Source of the DNA: Verrucomicrobiia bacterium
GTDB lineage: Bacteria > Patescibacteriota > Saccharimonadia > Saccharimonadales > JAGQNK01
DNA: 64,000 nucleotides
Assembly: GCA_035489575.1 (NCBI GenBank)
Contig: DATHJY010000013.1
Span: 283,346 to 347,345, forward strand
Direction of reading: 5' to 3'
Shown: in pieces, positions 24,292-34,844 of the stretch
Position numbering within the stretch: position 1 is the stretch's first letter
Layout: every line of letters begins with the position of its first letter
Notes under the pieces: model-generated
Seen by the model: only the letters and a program-made list of their open reading frames with translations
The model's database searches: none
Told to the model about the DNA's origin: nothing
Made by a program: the position numbers and the translations under genes

Positions 24292-26235
24292 ATGAGATAT
24301 TACGAGGTCTGGGTTGCAAGCCAGAGGTACCACGGGGAGAGTTCCCTCACTTACTCCCATGAAGCTGCGTTCGCAAAAGGCACCCTAGTAACTGTCGAGC
24401 TACAAAGACAGGTGGTGGTTGCTGTAGTACTCTCAGAAGTTAAGAAGCCCAGTTTCAAAACAAAACCTATCAGAGATACACTAAATGAAGAGCCCATCCC
24501 ATCAGAGATCATTGAACTCATGCAGTGGGTACATAGCTACTACCCGGCACCCCTGGGCCAAATAACTTCTCTGGCACTTCCTGGCACGCTTACCACAAAG
24601 AGCAGGGCAAAAACCGCAAAGACAGTAGCCAAGTTTCCAGAGCCTCTCACTCCCCCTGCCCTCACCACCGAACAGGCTCAAGCAATCCGTGACATCAATC
24701 AGCCTAACCTTCGAACCGCTCTCCTGCATGGTAACACCGGTAGCGGCAAAACACGTGTCTATATAGAACTCATCGACCAGCAGCTAAAGCGCGACAAGAG
24801 TGTCTTGCTTCTAACCCCCGAGATTAGCCTTACCCCCCAACTGGCGCAGAGTGTACATCGGTACTTCCCAGGATCGGTTGTGGTACTGCACTCAGAGATG
24901 ACCGTCGCCCAGAGACGCAATGCCTGGCTCTCTATCCTGACTTCTACTAAGCCACTTGTAGTAATTGGACCCCGATCGATTCTTTTTTGCCCACTCAAAT
25001 CTATAGGACTGATTGTGCTGGATGAATTTCATGAAACCGCCTACAAACAAGAGCAAGCTCCACACTACTTGGCTACACGTGTTGCGGCACGGCTAGCAAG
25101 CTTACACGGAGCACAGCTTATTTTTGGCAGCGCCACCCCCCTTCTGGCAGACTACTACTTCTTTAAACAAAAGAAATTATCAATCATCAGAATGGTTCAG
25201 CCTGCACTTTTTGATAGCGAACAAAAAACAGATGTTGTAATTATTGACTTAAAAAAGCGTGAGCAATTTAATCGTTCTCCATGGATTTCTAACACTCTCA
25301 TTGAGGGAATTTCACATACAATCCAGAAGGAGGAGCAATCATTAGTCTTCCTGAATAGACGTGGGTCGGCCCGGCTTATCTTGTGCCAGAACTGTGGTTG
25401 GGAGGCGGTTTGCCCACGCTGTGATCTGCCACTGACATACCATGCAGACATGCACTCAGCACTCTGTCACACTTGCGGATTCCGACAGAATCCGCCCTCG
25501 TCATGCCCTGAGTGTAGTAGTACTGACATCAATTTCAAATCTATTGGCACCAAAGCACTCGTCACCGAACTAGCTCGCCTATTCCCGCAAGCTCGCATAC
25601 AGCGATTCGATAGTGACCTACCTAAAATCGACCGAATGGAGCATCATTACGAAAATATAGTAGCCGGCAACGTGGACATCTTGGTGGGAACCCAAATGCT
25701 CGGCAAAGGTCTAGACCTACCAAAACTAGGCCTCCTTGGCATTATTCAGGCTGATACCAGTCTGAGCTTCCCGGACTATACCGCCCAGGAGCGAACATAT
25801 CAGCTGCTATCGCAGGCGCTCGGAAGACTTACGAGAGGCCACCGAAGCGGACTAGCCGTTATACAGACCCACCATACCGACAACCCCATATTGCGAGCTG
25901 CGATAGAGCAAGATTACGCCAGCTTTTACGATTGCGAGATCAAGGAAAGGCAGACATATAACTTCCCTCCCTTTTGCTTCTTATTGAAGATCACGTGTAG
26001 TAGAGCGAGCCTCTCCGCAGCGCGACAAAGCTGCGAGTCGATTGGCCATGGCTTGCGCAAAAGCTTCAGGGACGTCCAAGTCATTGGCCCGGCGCCTTCA
26101 TTTCTAGAGAAAACCAATAATCGCTATAACTGGCAGCTTGTGGTGAAGTCTAAAAAAAGGACAACCTTGATTGATATTATCCGCACGCTTCCACAAAACT
26201 GTTCCTACGACATCGACCCCACGAATCTTCTCTGA
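24292..26235 (+). CDS. priA: Primosomal protein N' (PriA helicase)
   Basis: Walker A GNTGSGKT, a DEFHE box, and the Cys cluster CQNCGW..CPRC..CHTCG..CPEC. The start is either the ATG at 24292 or the GTG at 24286. Confidence 0.9.
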   Translation: MRYYEVWVASQRYHGESSLTYSHEAAFAKGTLVTVELQRQVVVAVVLSEVKKPSFKTKPIRDTLNEEPIPSEIIELMQWVHSYYPAPLGQITSLALPGTLTTKSRAKTAKTVAKFPEPLTPPALTTEQAQAIRDINQPNLRTALLHGNTGSGKTRVYIELIDQQLKRDKSVLLLTPEISLTPQLAQSVHRYFPGSVVVLHSEMTVAQRRNAWLSILTSTKPLVVIGPRSILFCPLKSIGLIVLDEFHETAYKQEQAPHYLATRVAARLASLHGAQLIFGSATPLLADYYFFKQKKLSIIRMVQPALFDSEQKTDVVIIDLKKREQFNRSPWISNTLIEGISHTIQKEEQSLVFLNRRGSARLILCQNCGWEAVCPRCDLPLTYHADMHSALCHTCGFRQNPPSSCPECSSTDINFKSIGTKALVTELARLFPQARIQRFDSDLPKIDRMEHHYENIVAGNVDILVGTQMLGKGLDLPKLGLLGIIQADTSLSFPDYTAQERTYQLLSQALGRLTRGHRSGLAVIQTHHTDNPILRAAIEQDYASFYDCEIKERQTYNFPPFCFLLKITCSRASLSAARQSCESIGHGLRKSFRDVQVIGPAPSFLEKTNNRYNWQLVVKSKKRTTLIDIIRTLPQNCSYDIDPTNLL

Positions 26236-26248
26236 TACTATTAGTCAA

Positions 26249-26827
26249 ATGGGAAAAACTCAACGGGATATTATTACGCTTGCACACGATCACCTGAGAC
26301 AGCGCTCTCAGAAGGTGGGCATTATTACCAGCGATATCAAGCAACTTGTCAAAGACATGGAAGACGCCACGCTAGACTGGGAGGATAGCCGTAAACACGA
26401 GGTTGGTGTCGCGCTTGCAGCCATTCAGATCGATCTACCCCTCCGGGTAGTCGTAGTCCGCAATAACTTTGACGACAAGTCAGATCGCACCTTCCAGGCG
26501 TTTATAAACCCAAAGATCACCAAGTTTGAGGGCAAGGTAGAGGAAGATTTCGAAGGCTGCTTGAGCGTTAAAGATATCTATGGCAAAGTACCCCGCTATC
26601 AAAAAGTCCGGATTAGCGCCTTAGACCTCAACGGCAAGCAGATCAGAGTAGTCGCCGAAGGATTCTTGGCCAGGGTGTTCCAGCACGAGATTGATCATAC
26701 AAACGGAATCGTTTTCATTGATCACATTAAAGATAAACCAGAGGCATTCTTTAGACTGACCGAAGAAGGCCATCTGGATGCACTCGATTATGAAAAAGAT
26801 GTCAAAAACAATAGTATTCTTTGGTAA
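26249..26827 (+). CDS. def: Peptide deformylase
   Basis: FEGCLSV and QHEIDHTNG motifs. ATG at 26249 (MGKTQRD...), just after the priA stop. The track model begins 26 codons earlier, inside priA. Confidence 0.9.
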   Translation: MGKTQRDIITLAHDHLRQRSQKVGIITSDIKQLVKDMEDATLDWEDSRKHEVGVALAAIQIDLPLRVVVVRNNFDDKSDRTFQAFINPKITKFEGKVEEDFEGCLSVKDIYGKVPRYQKVRISALDLNGKQIRVVAEGFLARVFQHEIDHTNGIVFIDHIKDKPEAFFRLTEEGHLDALDYEKDVKNNSILW

Positions 26828-27725
26828 TGAACGCATTGCCACAGGCGTAACAACGCACGTGCCAACCCTACGTGGCCTTATCGAAGCCGGCTACGAGGTC
26901 AAGGCGGTGGTCTCTAACTTTGAGCAAGGTCAATCCAGAAAGTCCCGCCATCTTGAAATAGAGGAGGTCTGCAGGGAGCACAACATACCCCTTATACTCT
27001 CTGAAAAGCCGATGGACATCCTGGAGCGCCTTCAAGATTACAATGCTGCAGCGGGTGTATTGATTGCCTACGGCAAGATAGTGCCCCAGAAGCTAATAGA
27101 TATATTTCCCCGTGGCATCATCAACATACACCCGTCTCTCCTGCCCTTACACCGGGGGCCGACTCCTCTTGAAAGCGTCATACTGGATGGCAGCGCCAAA
27201 ACAGGTGTCTCTGTCATGAAGCTCGTAAGGGCAATGGACGCTGGGCCGATTTACGCCCAGTCAGAGGTAGAGCTCGTAGGAAACGAAACCAAGCAAGAAC
27301 TCGCGGATACATTGCTATCCGTAGGCCTATCGATGCTCCTCGAGGTGCTACCCGGCATACTTGACGGGAGCATAATTGCCCTACCCCAAGACGAAGAGAG
27401 CGCAACATACGACAGTTTGATATCAAAAGACCACGGCGCTATCGACTGGAACAAGCCGGCAGCAAACCTAGAGCGAGAGATTCGCGCATACGCTGAGTGG
27501 CCACGTAGCCGCACCACATTAGCGAACAAAGACGTCATAGTCACCAAAGCTCATGCGACTGCGAGCAGTCTACCCCAAAGCCAGCCCGCTGACATTGCTA
27601 CTGTTGACGGAGATATTGCAATAGCCACCTCTGATGGCATACTGCATATTGAACGGCTACAACCAGCCGGCAAATCTGAAATGACTGCCCAGGCCTTTCT
27701 AGCTGGCCACAAACACTTATTATAG
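26799..27725 (+). CDS. fmt: Methionyl-tRNA formyltransferase
   Basis: IVFFGNE..., INIHPSLLPLHRGPTP. Possible starts are 26778, 26790 and 26799 (I chose MSKTIVFFG). It overlaps the end of def. Confidence 0.85.
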   Translation: MSKTIVFFGNERIATGVTTHVPTLRGLIEAGYEVKAVVSNFEQGQSRKSRHLEIEEVCREHNIPLILSEKPMDILERLQDYNAAAGVLIAYGKIVPQKLIDIFPRGIINIHPSLLPLHRGPTPLESVILDGSAKTGVSVMKLVRAMDAGPIYAQSEVELVGNETKQELADTLLSVGLSMLLEVLPGILDGSIIALPQDEESATYDSLISKDHGAIDWNKPAANLEREIRAYAEWPRSRTTLANKDVIVTKAHATASSLPQSQPADIATVDGDIAIATSDGILHIERLQPAGKSEMTAQAFLAGHKHLL

Positions 27726-27729
27726 TGAG

Positions 27730-28086
27730 CTAAGCTGCGGCGGGTGGCTGCTGGGGTGGAAGTTGTTGCTGAGCCTGAACACTCGCTGCAACAATCTGAG
27801 GCGCCGCTTGCCTGATCTCTTCCTTAAGTGCGGCAAGTTCATCTGCAACTACTTGTTTATAGTTTGGAAAGTTCGATTCAAGCCACTTCAGCGCGCCAGC
27901 TTCGTCATTTTTATCTATGAAGCCCTCAAACTCATCCAGCTGTTCGTTGGTCATCCTCTCGGCTAGCTTCATACCAACTCGCATTTCCAGAGTTTCATAG
28001 ATATGCGCAAGCATTCGATTCTTTTCTTCTGCAGGCAAATCTCCCAGACCAAGTTCTTTCAGCAGGTTATCGTCTAGCTTAAACAT
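27730..28086 (-). CDS. Hypothetical protein (118 aa) with a Gln/Pro-rich tail
   Basis: ORF track only. MFKLDDNLLKELGLGDLPAEEKNRML... I recognise no catalytic motif. Confidence 0.55.
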   Translation of the reverse strand: MFKLDDNLLKELGLGDLPAEEKNRMLAHIYETLEMRVGMKLAERMTNEQLDEFEGFIDKNDEAGALKWLESNFPNYKQVVADELAALKEEIRQAAPQIVAASVQAQQQLPPQQPPAAA

Positions 28087-28121
28087 TGCGGTTCCTTTCT
28101 GTAGGTAATAATTGTATCAAC

Positions 28122-28643
28122 TTATGCAATGAGTAGCACCAAGGCTGCACATACTAACACTATAATACCGGCTACAAAGCCCCTTACGATAGACTTTCTG
28201 TATAGTGAGGGAGTCGAAACATAGCTGCTACCCTGGGAAGGAGCAGGCATCGAGCCGCTTAGAGTTAACGGCGGAGCGGCTTGGGGAGGCGTGAAACCCT
28301 GCAAGCCCGGCTGTCTCAAGGGTGCGCCTGCGGCGATATCACCAACTTGTGATGCATAACCTTGAGCCACCTCATCCTGCCTCACCTCCTGACGCCTTTC
28401 TTGACGTAATGCCTCTGGCTCACCCCTGTCTGCAGCACTTAGTATCCTGTACCCTACCACTTCCGGCTGCTTCTTTACACCTTCCGTTACAAGCTCGTTC
28501 ACAGAGACATTCTTTTCTAGATTTATCTCAGACTCAGGCTGGGCTCCAGAGTAGTAGTCAGCAACATCCGAAAAATCTTCAGAAGCCTCGGGTATGACAG
28601 GAGGCAAGCTTACTTCAGACGGCATGTAGCGATCATCTTCCAT
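28122..28643 (-). CDS. Hypothetical tail-anchored membrane protein (173 aa)
   Basis: Acidic, Pro-rich body ending in a single C-terminal TM helix, IVRGFVAGIIVLVCAALVLLIA. Confidence 0.5.
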   Translation of the reverse strand: MEDDRYMPSEVSLPPVIPEASEDFSDVADYYSGAQPESEINLEKNVSVNELVTEGVKKQPEVVGYRILSAADRGEPEALRQERRQEVRQDEVAQGYASQVGDIAAGAPLRQPGLQGFTPPQAAPPLTLSGSMPAPSQGSSYVSTPSLYRKSIVRGFVAGIIVLVCAALVLLIA

Positions 28644-28666
28644 GGCAATTTTTTCTTATATCATAT

Positions 28667-30421
28667 CTACAACGAACGAACAATTGTCTCTCTGGTGAAG
28701 GCTTCGATATGATCACCTTCTTGAAGATCCAAGCGTGCAGAAGTTTTAAGGCTTACTCCGCACATCTCACTCTCAAAGACTTCATTAGTGTCCTGTGGAC
28801 CGCGCTTAAGATTGGTTATCTCAACCTCAGCTAACACTTCACCGTCCCTCAGGACCTTGGCCAAGGAGGGAGAGACAAGCTTACCCTTGGTAACCTCGCC
28901 ACCGCAGATAATATCTGTCTTAGTGGATTTAAATATCCCACGCACCACCAACCGTCCAAGATCAGTTTCAACAATCTCAGGGGCAAGAAGCTCACCAAGC
29001 TCTCGCTTAACATCGTCGATCAATTCATAAATGACACTGTACAATCTAATCTGTATCCGGTCACGACTAGCAAGTTGCTTTATGCTAGTTGGCAGCGAGA
29101 TGCTGAAGCCGTAGATGATAGCTCCACTTGTTTGTGCCAAATGGAGATCAGTGTCGTTAATATTACCTACTCCGGAACCCACAACTCGCACGGCAACCTC
29201 TTCGGTGTCGAGTGCCTTTAGGCTATCAAGCACAGAGGTAAGCGAACCTTGCACATCAGCTTTTACAACAATGTTTAGTTCTGTAACTTTGTTGGTTCTG
29301 TTTATTATCCGAATAAGTTCTGTGCTGTTGATGTGGCCATTGTTGCCATCTTTTCTCTGAGAAGCTGAGAGCTGGGAGGCCTGACGAGCAGCTTTTTCAT
29401 CTTTTACAGCAACAAACTCATCGGCAAATTGGGGAAGAGTTTTGAATCCCGTAATGATGACTGGAGTAGAGGGGCCCGCCTCTTTAAGGGCCTTCCCATC
29501 CGCAGACTCAAGATTCCTTACCCGAGCATAACTGGAACCAGCTACGACAAAGTCTCCAGGACGTAGTCTGCCCGCCTCTACCAGTGCGATAGCAACTGGA
29601 CCGCGCCCCTGCTCCATATGAGCCTCTATAACCAAACCGGCCGCTGGAACATCAGCGTCAGCCTTGAGCTCCTCAACGTCAGCGACCAACAAAACCATGT
29701 CGAGTAGATCGCTGATACCTGTCTTCTCTTTGGCCGAAACCTCTACTATAACCGTATCGCCGCCCCACTCTTCGACAAGCAGCTCCTGCTCGGCAAGCTG
29801 CTGCTTGATGCGATTGGTATCTGCACCCTCTTTGTCGATCTTGTTAATGGCCACGATCATCTTTACTCCAGCCTTGCGCGCAAAGCGGATGGCTTCAAGT
29901 GTCTGGGGCTTTATGCCGTCATCGGCGGCCACCACCAAAATAACCAAGTCAGTGAGCTGCGCACCGTGCTCTCTCAGGGCAGCAAAGGCTTCGTGGCCAG
30001 GAGTGTCTAGAAAAGTTATTGAACGTTTATTGTGCTCGATTTGGTAGGCAGATATGTGCTGAGTAATACCCCCAGCTTCGCCTTTTACAACTTGCGCGCC
30101 CCTTATGGCGTCCAGCAAACTTGTTTTGCCATGGTCCACGTGCCCCATTACAGCAACTACTGGTGGCCTGGATGCAGCCTTGTCGCTTGCCACCCGCTTT
30201 TCTCTGGGAGAAGCCTCTTTGGGGGCCTTCTTGACCAATTCGATGTCTAGGCTCAATTCGCCTACGATAATTTGAGCAGTATCAAAGTCAATCCGTTCAT
30301 TAACGGTTGCCATAACACCATTCCTCATCAACTCGGTGATAAGTTTTGTAACCGGCAGCATCAGCTTCTCAGCTAGGTCGCCGACGGTGATATGATCTTC
30401 GATCTCGATTGTAGTCGCCAT
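28667..30421 (-). CDS. infB: Translation initiation factor IF-2 (short form)
   Basis: GHVDHGKTSLLD, DTPGH and NKID G-domain motifs. The ATG at 30421 is preceded by GAGGAG at 7 nt. The track model starts at a TTG 7 codons upstream. Confidence 0.9.
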   Translation of the reverse strand: MATTIEIEDHITVGDLAEKLMLPVTKLITELMRNGVMATVNERIDFDTAQIIVGELSLDIELVKKAPKEASPREKRVASDKAASRPPVVAVMGHVDHGKTSLLDAIRGAQVVKGEAGGITQHISAYQIEHNKRSITFLDTPGHEAFAALREHGAQLTDLVILVVAADDGIKPQTLEAIRFARKAGVKMIVAINKIDKEGADTNRIKQQLAEQELLVEEWGGDTVIVEVSAKEKTGISDLLDMVLLVADVEELKADADVPAAGLVIEAHMEQGRGPVAIALVEAGRLRPGDFVVAGSSYARVRNLESADGKALKEAGPSTPVIITGFKTLPQFADEFVAVKDEKAARQASQLSASQRKDGNNGHINSTELIRIINRTNKVTELNIVVKADVQGSLTSVLDSLKALDTEEVAVRVVGSGVGNINDTDLHLAQTSGAIIYGFSISLPTSIKQLASRDRIQIRLYSVIYELIDDVKRELGELLAPEIVETDLGRLVVRGIFKSTKTDIICGGEVTKGKLVSPSLAKVLRDGEVLAEVEITNLKRGPQDTNEVFESEMCGVSLKTSARLDLQEGDHIEAFTRETIVRSL

Positions 30422-30465
30422 ACCTAGCTCCTCTCTAGCCAATTACGGCCGGTTACTTTACATAC

Positions 30466-31539
30466 CTATTTAGCTTCTTTGAGGCTCAAAGCAATCTTGC
30501 GACCTTCGGTGTCGATATCGAGCACCTTGAACTTCTTCTTTTCGTTAAGCTGAAAGATCTTTTCAGGATCTACACCTTCATCGTCACTCATCTCAGAAAC
30601 ATGCACCAAGGCCTCCACTGCCGGGCTCAGTTGTACGAATGCACCGAAGGGAGTAATCCGAGTAACTTTGCCTTCTACAATTTCGCCCTTTTTGAACACT
30701 TTAACTTCATGCAACCAGGGGTCTTCACTCATCTGCTTGAGGCTCAGTGACAGGCGATCTTTGTCGATAGCAATGATCTTTGCTTCAACCGTCTGACCAG
30801 TCTTGATGTAGTCACGAGGATCCTCAACCCGTTCCCAAGATATCTCGGAAATATGGATGAGGCCTTCTATGCCATCAACGTTTACAAATGCACCGAAGTC
30901 GATGACTCCAGTCACAACTCCCTCAACGACGTCACCAACCTTCAACTTTTCAAAGCGAGCTTGCATATCGTCTTTGACCGCCTCTTTCTCAGAGAAGATC
31001 AGTTTATTGTCTTTACGGCTTAGGTCTAAGATACGCACCCGAAGCACCTGATTCACCAGCTGGTTCAGTTTTTGCAGAATCTCATCCTTATCAGCACCAG
31101 ATACTCGAGGATAGTGCCCTGCTGCAAGCTGGGATACGGGCAAAAAGCCGCGAATGCCTTCCAGTTCGATAAGTAAACCACCTCTGTTAGCATCGTAGGG
31201 GGTAATCTCGATGATTTCTTGTCCATCGAAGACGCGCTGTAACTCGTCCCATCCTCGATCTTTGGCTGCCCGACGCATACTCAAGAGAGCAAAGCCCTCG
31301 TCAAGCTCTGGGTCTACAACACTCGTAACAACGGTCTGACCCTGTTCGAGTTGTTGTCCATGACCAATCTCGCGACGCATAACAACGCCGACGCCATTGG
31401 CCCCCAGGTCTACCCACACTTCGTGTTTGTGTACCGAGGTTACGACACCTTCGATAACATCACCTGCTTTTAGCTGCTTGATATCTTCGGACGCTAGCAA
31501 CTCGTCCATAGTAATGCTAGATTTTGACATGTTTTCCAT
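30466..31539 (-). CDS. rpsA: 30S ribosomal protein S1 (four S1 domains)
   Basis: Repeated S1 motifs (G.V..V....V.VD.G..G, GF.P.S). AAGGAGG lies upstream of the ATG at 31539. Confidence 0.8.
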   Translation of the reverse strand: MENMSKSSITMDELLASEDIKQLKAGDVIEGVVTSVHKHEVWVDLGANGVGVVMRREIGHGQQLEQGQTVVTSVVDPELDEGFALLSMRRAAKDRGWDELQRVFDGQEIIEITPYDANRGGLLIELEGIRGFLPVSQLAAGHYPRVSGADKDEILQKLNQLVNQVLRVRILDLSRKDNKLIFSEKEAVKDDMQARFEKLKVGDVVEGVVTGVIDFGAFVNVDGIEGLIHISEISWERVEDPRDYIKTGQTVEAKIIAIDKDRLSLSLKQMSEDPWLHEVKVFKKGEIVEGKVTRITPFGAFVQLSPAVEALVHVSEMSDDEGVDPEKIFQLNEKKKFKVLDIDTEGRKIALSLKEAK

Positions 31540-31677
31540 GCCTCCTTAAAAATGTATTTCCGCCGAGCACTTAGACAGAGCCTCAAAAGTAGCTCCGTTA
31601 AGACACATAGTGGTTACAGACCATTATATCTGTTATTCCCTATTAGGTCAAAAGGTGCATATGCTACACTAATCGTA

Positions 31678-32499
31678 ATGTACGGAGCTGTCGACATAGG
31701 GGGTACCAAAACGCTTATAGCCGTCTTCACTGAAGACGGATCTATCGTTGAGCAAGTCAAATTTCCCACCCCTAAAGATTACGCCTTATTCTCAAGCGAG
31801 TTGACAGCAAATGTTGAAAAATTATCAACAAAAGATTTCCAAAGAGCTGCAGTAGCGATACCAGGGACACCCGACCGACAAAACGGCATCGGGATAGTTT
31901 TTGGTAACCTCGACTGGACAAACATACCAATAGAGCAAGACGCTGAAAAAGCCTTCCATTGTCCAGTACAGATCGAGAACGATGCTAAGCTAGCCGCCCT
32001 ATCTGAGGCAATACTGCTCAGAGACAAATTCCGGAAAGTTCTGTATGTAACGGTCAGCACCGGTATAGGTGGAGGGCTCGTTATAGACGGCTCTATCGAC
32101 CCAAATTTTGAAGATATAGAACCTGGAAAGATGATCCTGGAGCATAACGGCCGGTTTGAGCAATGGGAAGATTTTGCCTCCGGGAGAGCAATAGTAGAAA
32201 AGTTCGGTAAACGTGCAGACGAGATTACCGACCCCAAGGCATGGTATATGATTGCACGAAACGTTGCCGTTGGACTTAACACACTGATTGCCAGCCTTGA
32301 CCCAGAAGTTATCGTCATAGGTGGAGGAGTTGGTAGCAACCTAGAGAAATTTCAGGATCGACTCATAGAAGAACTCAGGATTTACGAGAACCCAATGACC
32401 CCCGTTCCGCCGATAGTAAAAGCAGCTCGAGCCGAGGAGGCCGTCATATACGGCTGCTACGAGCTTGTGAAAGCCCAACATGCAACAGTTGCTAGCTGA
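31678..32499 (+). CDS. ROK-family sugar kinase (glucokinase-like)
   Basis: MYGAVDIGGTKTLIAV..., ENDAKLAALSE, GIGGG. ATG at 31678; the 42 upstream codons of the track model are unlikely to be coding. Confidence 0.75.
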   Translation: MYGAVDIGGTKTLIAVFTEDGSIVEQVKFPTPKDYALFSSELTANVEKLSTKDFQRAAVAIPGTPDRQNGIGIVFGNLDWTNIPIEQDAEKAFHCPVQIENDAKLAALSEAILLRDKFRKVLYVTVSTGIGGGLVIDGSIDPNFEDIEPGKMILEHNGRFEQWEDFASGRAIVEKFGKRADEITDPKAWYMIARNVAVGLNTLIASLDPEVIVIGGGVGSNLEKFQDRLIEELRIYENPMTPVPPIVKAARAEEAVIYGCYELVKAQHATVAS

Positions 32500-32983
32500 G
32501 CTACAAAATCGCCTACCACGGGTCTTATTTGAGGCAGGAGATGCCTTCTATTGGTCCCCCCAACACTCAAAAGTCGTATACAACCAAAGCCTTCCCCAGG
32601 ACAGCCAGCCTAGCTGGTCATTGCTTCATGAAGCCGCCCACGCCATGCTTGATCACCAGTCCTACGCCTATGACCTTGAGTTAGTCTTACTCGAGGTTGA
32701 AGCTTGGAACAAGGCGAAGCAGCTCGGTGAAGAACTTGGCATAACAATTCAGGACGACCACGTTCAAGATTGCCTGGACACTTATCGAGACTGGCTTCAC
32801 CAGCGAAGTACCTGCCCCCGATGTGGGACCGTTAGCCTGCAGATGGCCTCTTCTCAGTACCAGTGTCACAACTGTTTAGCCGAATGGAGCGTAAGCGCCT
32901 CGCGCTTCTGCCGCCCTTATCGCCTCAGTGGCAAACAAATCAAAAAGTCGCCCAAGGCTATACCTCAAGCGACTTTTCAATAG
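32480..32983 (+). CDS. Hypothetical HExxH metallopeptidase-like protein with a C-terminal zinc ribbon
   Basis: LLHEAAHAML contains an HExxH motif; CPRCG...CHNC forms a 4-Cys ribbon. It overlaps the ROK gene by 20 nt. Confidence 0.5.
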   Translation: MQQLLAELQNRLPRVLFEAGDAFYWSPQHSKVVYNQSLPQDSQPSWSLLHEAAHAMLDHQSYAYDLELVLLEVEAWNKAKQLGEELGITIQDDHVQDCLDTYRDWLHQRSTCPRCGTVSLQMASSQYQCHNCLAEWSVSASRFCRPYRLSGKQIKKSPKAIPQATFQ

Positions 32984-32991
32984 ATCAGAAA

Positions 32992-33204
32992 CTAGGCAGT
33001 TTCTTTAACTTCGGCCTTTTTGCTGCGACGGCTAATACGGCCGCCCTTAGCGCCAGCGATGCGAGCTAACTCACGGTTGGCAAAAAAACCACCGGTCTTG
33101 CCCTTTTTACCGCCCATTGCACCAATTCGTGCATAAAAGTCAGCGCCGTGCTTCTTTACATTGGTTTCAGCGGCGCGCTTGCCGCCCTTTGCAGTACCTG
33201 CCAT
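32992..33204 (-). CDS. KGG-repeat general stress protein (YciG/GsiB-like)
   Basis: 70 aa. GGKKGKTGGF and GAKGGRISRR are KGG-type repeats. AAGGAG lies upstream. Confidence 0.7.
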   Translation of the reverse strand: MAGTAKGGKRAAETNVKKHGADFYARIGAMGGKKGKTGGFFANRELARIAGAKGGRISRRSKKAEVKETA

Positions 33205-33354
33205 ATATAAACTCCTTTGATTCTTGGTGAGGCTTCCTCGAGTGAGCTAAAAAGAGTCCGGCCATGACATGGCCGAACCCTCTTATCCCTATCGAATGAG
33301 CTTATGATAACACCACCCAGTGCTTATGTCAATAAATATAATTCAAGTTACAAG

Positions 33355-33385
33355 AAAAAGACCATCCTATTCGGATGGTCTTTTT
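33355..33385. terminator. Bidirectional terminator closing the rRNA operon
   Basis: aaaaaGACCATCCtattcGGATGGTCttttt, immediately 3' of the 5S rRNA. Confidence 0.75.
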
Positions 33386-33390
33386 ATAAT

Positions 33391-33504
33391 TCGGCACCGT
33401 GCTATTTTCCCAGGGGTGAACCCCAAGTATTGTAACCGCTGCGAGGCTTAACTTCTGTGTTCGGCATGGGAACAGGTGTCTCCCTCGCGCCATGGGCACC
33501 GAGT
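33391..33504 (-). rRNA. rrf: 5S rRNA
   Basis: The reverse complement reads CUCGGUGCCCAUGGCGCGAGGGAGACACCUGUUCCCAUGCCGAACACAGAAGUUAAGCC...CCUGGGAAAAUAGCACGGUGCCGA. Helix I pairs the two ends. Confidence 0.9.
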
Positions 33505-33973
33505 CCAAATATATCACTCATGATAAGCCATGAATGTAAGATATATCACAGATGATATATTGTAACGATGTCCATGCAGTTGGGCACGGATAGATTATTA
33601 AAGGCAAACAGTGGTGAGTGGTCTCACCAATAACTAGTCAATGTACTTCCCTATGATCATTTCTGATAAAATTATCAGATTTGATCATAGGTCGTAAAAA
33701 GTCAATGGGACTATTAGTACGCTTCGGCTCAATACGTTACCGCACTTTCACCTTGCGCCTATCAAACTGATCGTCTTTCAGTGTCCTCATAGGGAAATCT
33801 TATCTTGGGATCAGTTTCGCGCTTAATATGCTTTCAGCGCTTATCTGCTCCGCACATAGCTACCCAACCATGCCATTGGTATGACAATTGGTACACCAGC
33901 GGTGCGTTCACCCCGGTCCTCTCGTACTAGGGGCAAATTCCCTCAAATTTCCTATCGTCCACAGCGGATATAA

Positions 33974-34007
<34 letters not shown>

Positions 34008-34125
34008 ACGTACCTCTTTAACCGGCGAACAGCCGGACCCTTGGAAGGTGCTCCCCCTCCAGGATGAGATGAGCCGACATCGAGGTGCCAAACAGCGCCG
34101 TCTATGTGAACTATTGGGCGCTATA

Positions 34126-34157
<32 letters not shown>

Positions 34158-34517
34158 GTGCGTCGTCGATCCCACTTTCATATAACCGAAGTTAAATACG
34201 ACGGGTCACTAGCTCCTACTTTCGTATCTGTTTGGCCTGTATGCCTCACAGTCAAGCTGGCTTATGCGCTTGCACTATCACTTCGATTTCCATCCGAAGT
34301 TAGCCAACCTTTGAACGCCTCCGCTACTCTTTAGGAGGCAACCGCCCCAGTTAAACTACCCATCAGACACTGTCCCCAAACCGGATAACGGTTGAGGTAA
34401 GAACACAAATACAATAAGGGTGGTATTTCACCGGTGACTCCACCAAAGCTAGCGCCTTGGTTTCAAAGTCTCCCACCTATGCTACACATATTGCACCTAT
34501 GCCCAATGTCAAACTGT

Positions 34518-34549
<32 letters not shown>

Positions 34550-34844
34550 GCGGACAGACGGCATCTTTACCGTCAATGCACTTTCACCGAGCTCTTCGTT
34601 GAGACAGTGCCCACATCATTACTCCATTCGTGCGGGTCAGAACTTACCTGACAAGGAATTTCGCTACCTTAGGACGGTTATAGTTACCGCCGCCGTTCAC
34701 TGGGGCTTCAGTTCGCACCGTGAAGCGCTCCCCTTAACCTTCCAGCACCGGGCAGGAGTCAGCCCCTATACATCCACTTTCGTGTTAGCAGAGACCTGTG
34801 TTTTTGGTAAACAGTTGCGTGGGCTCCTTAGCTGCGGCCTAGAT

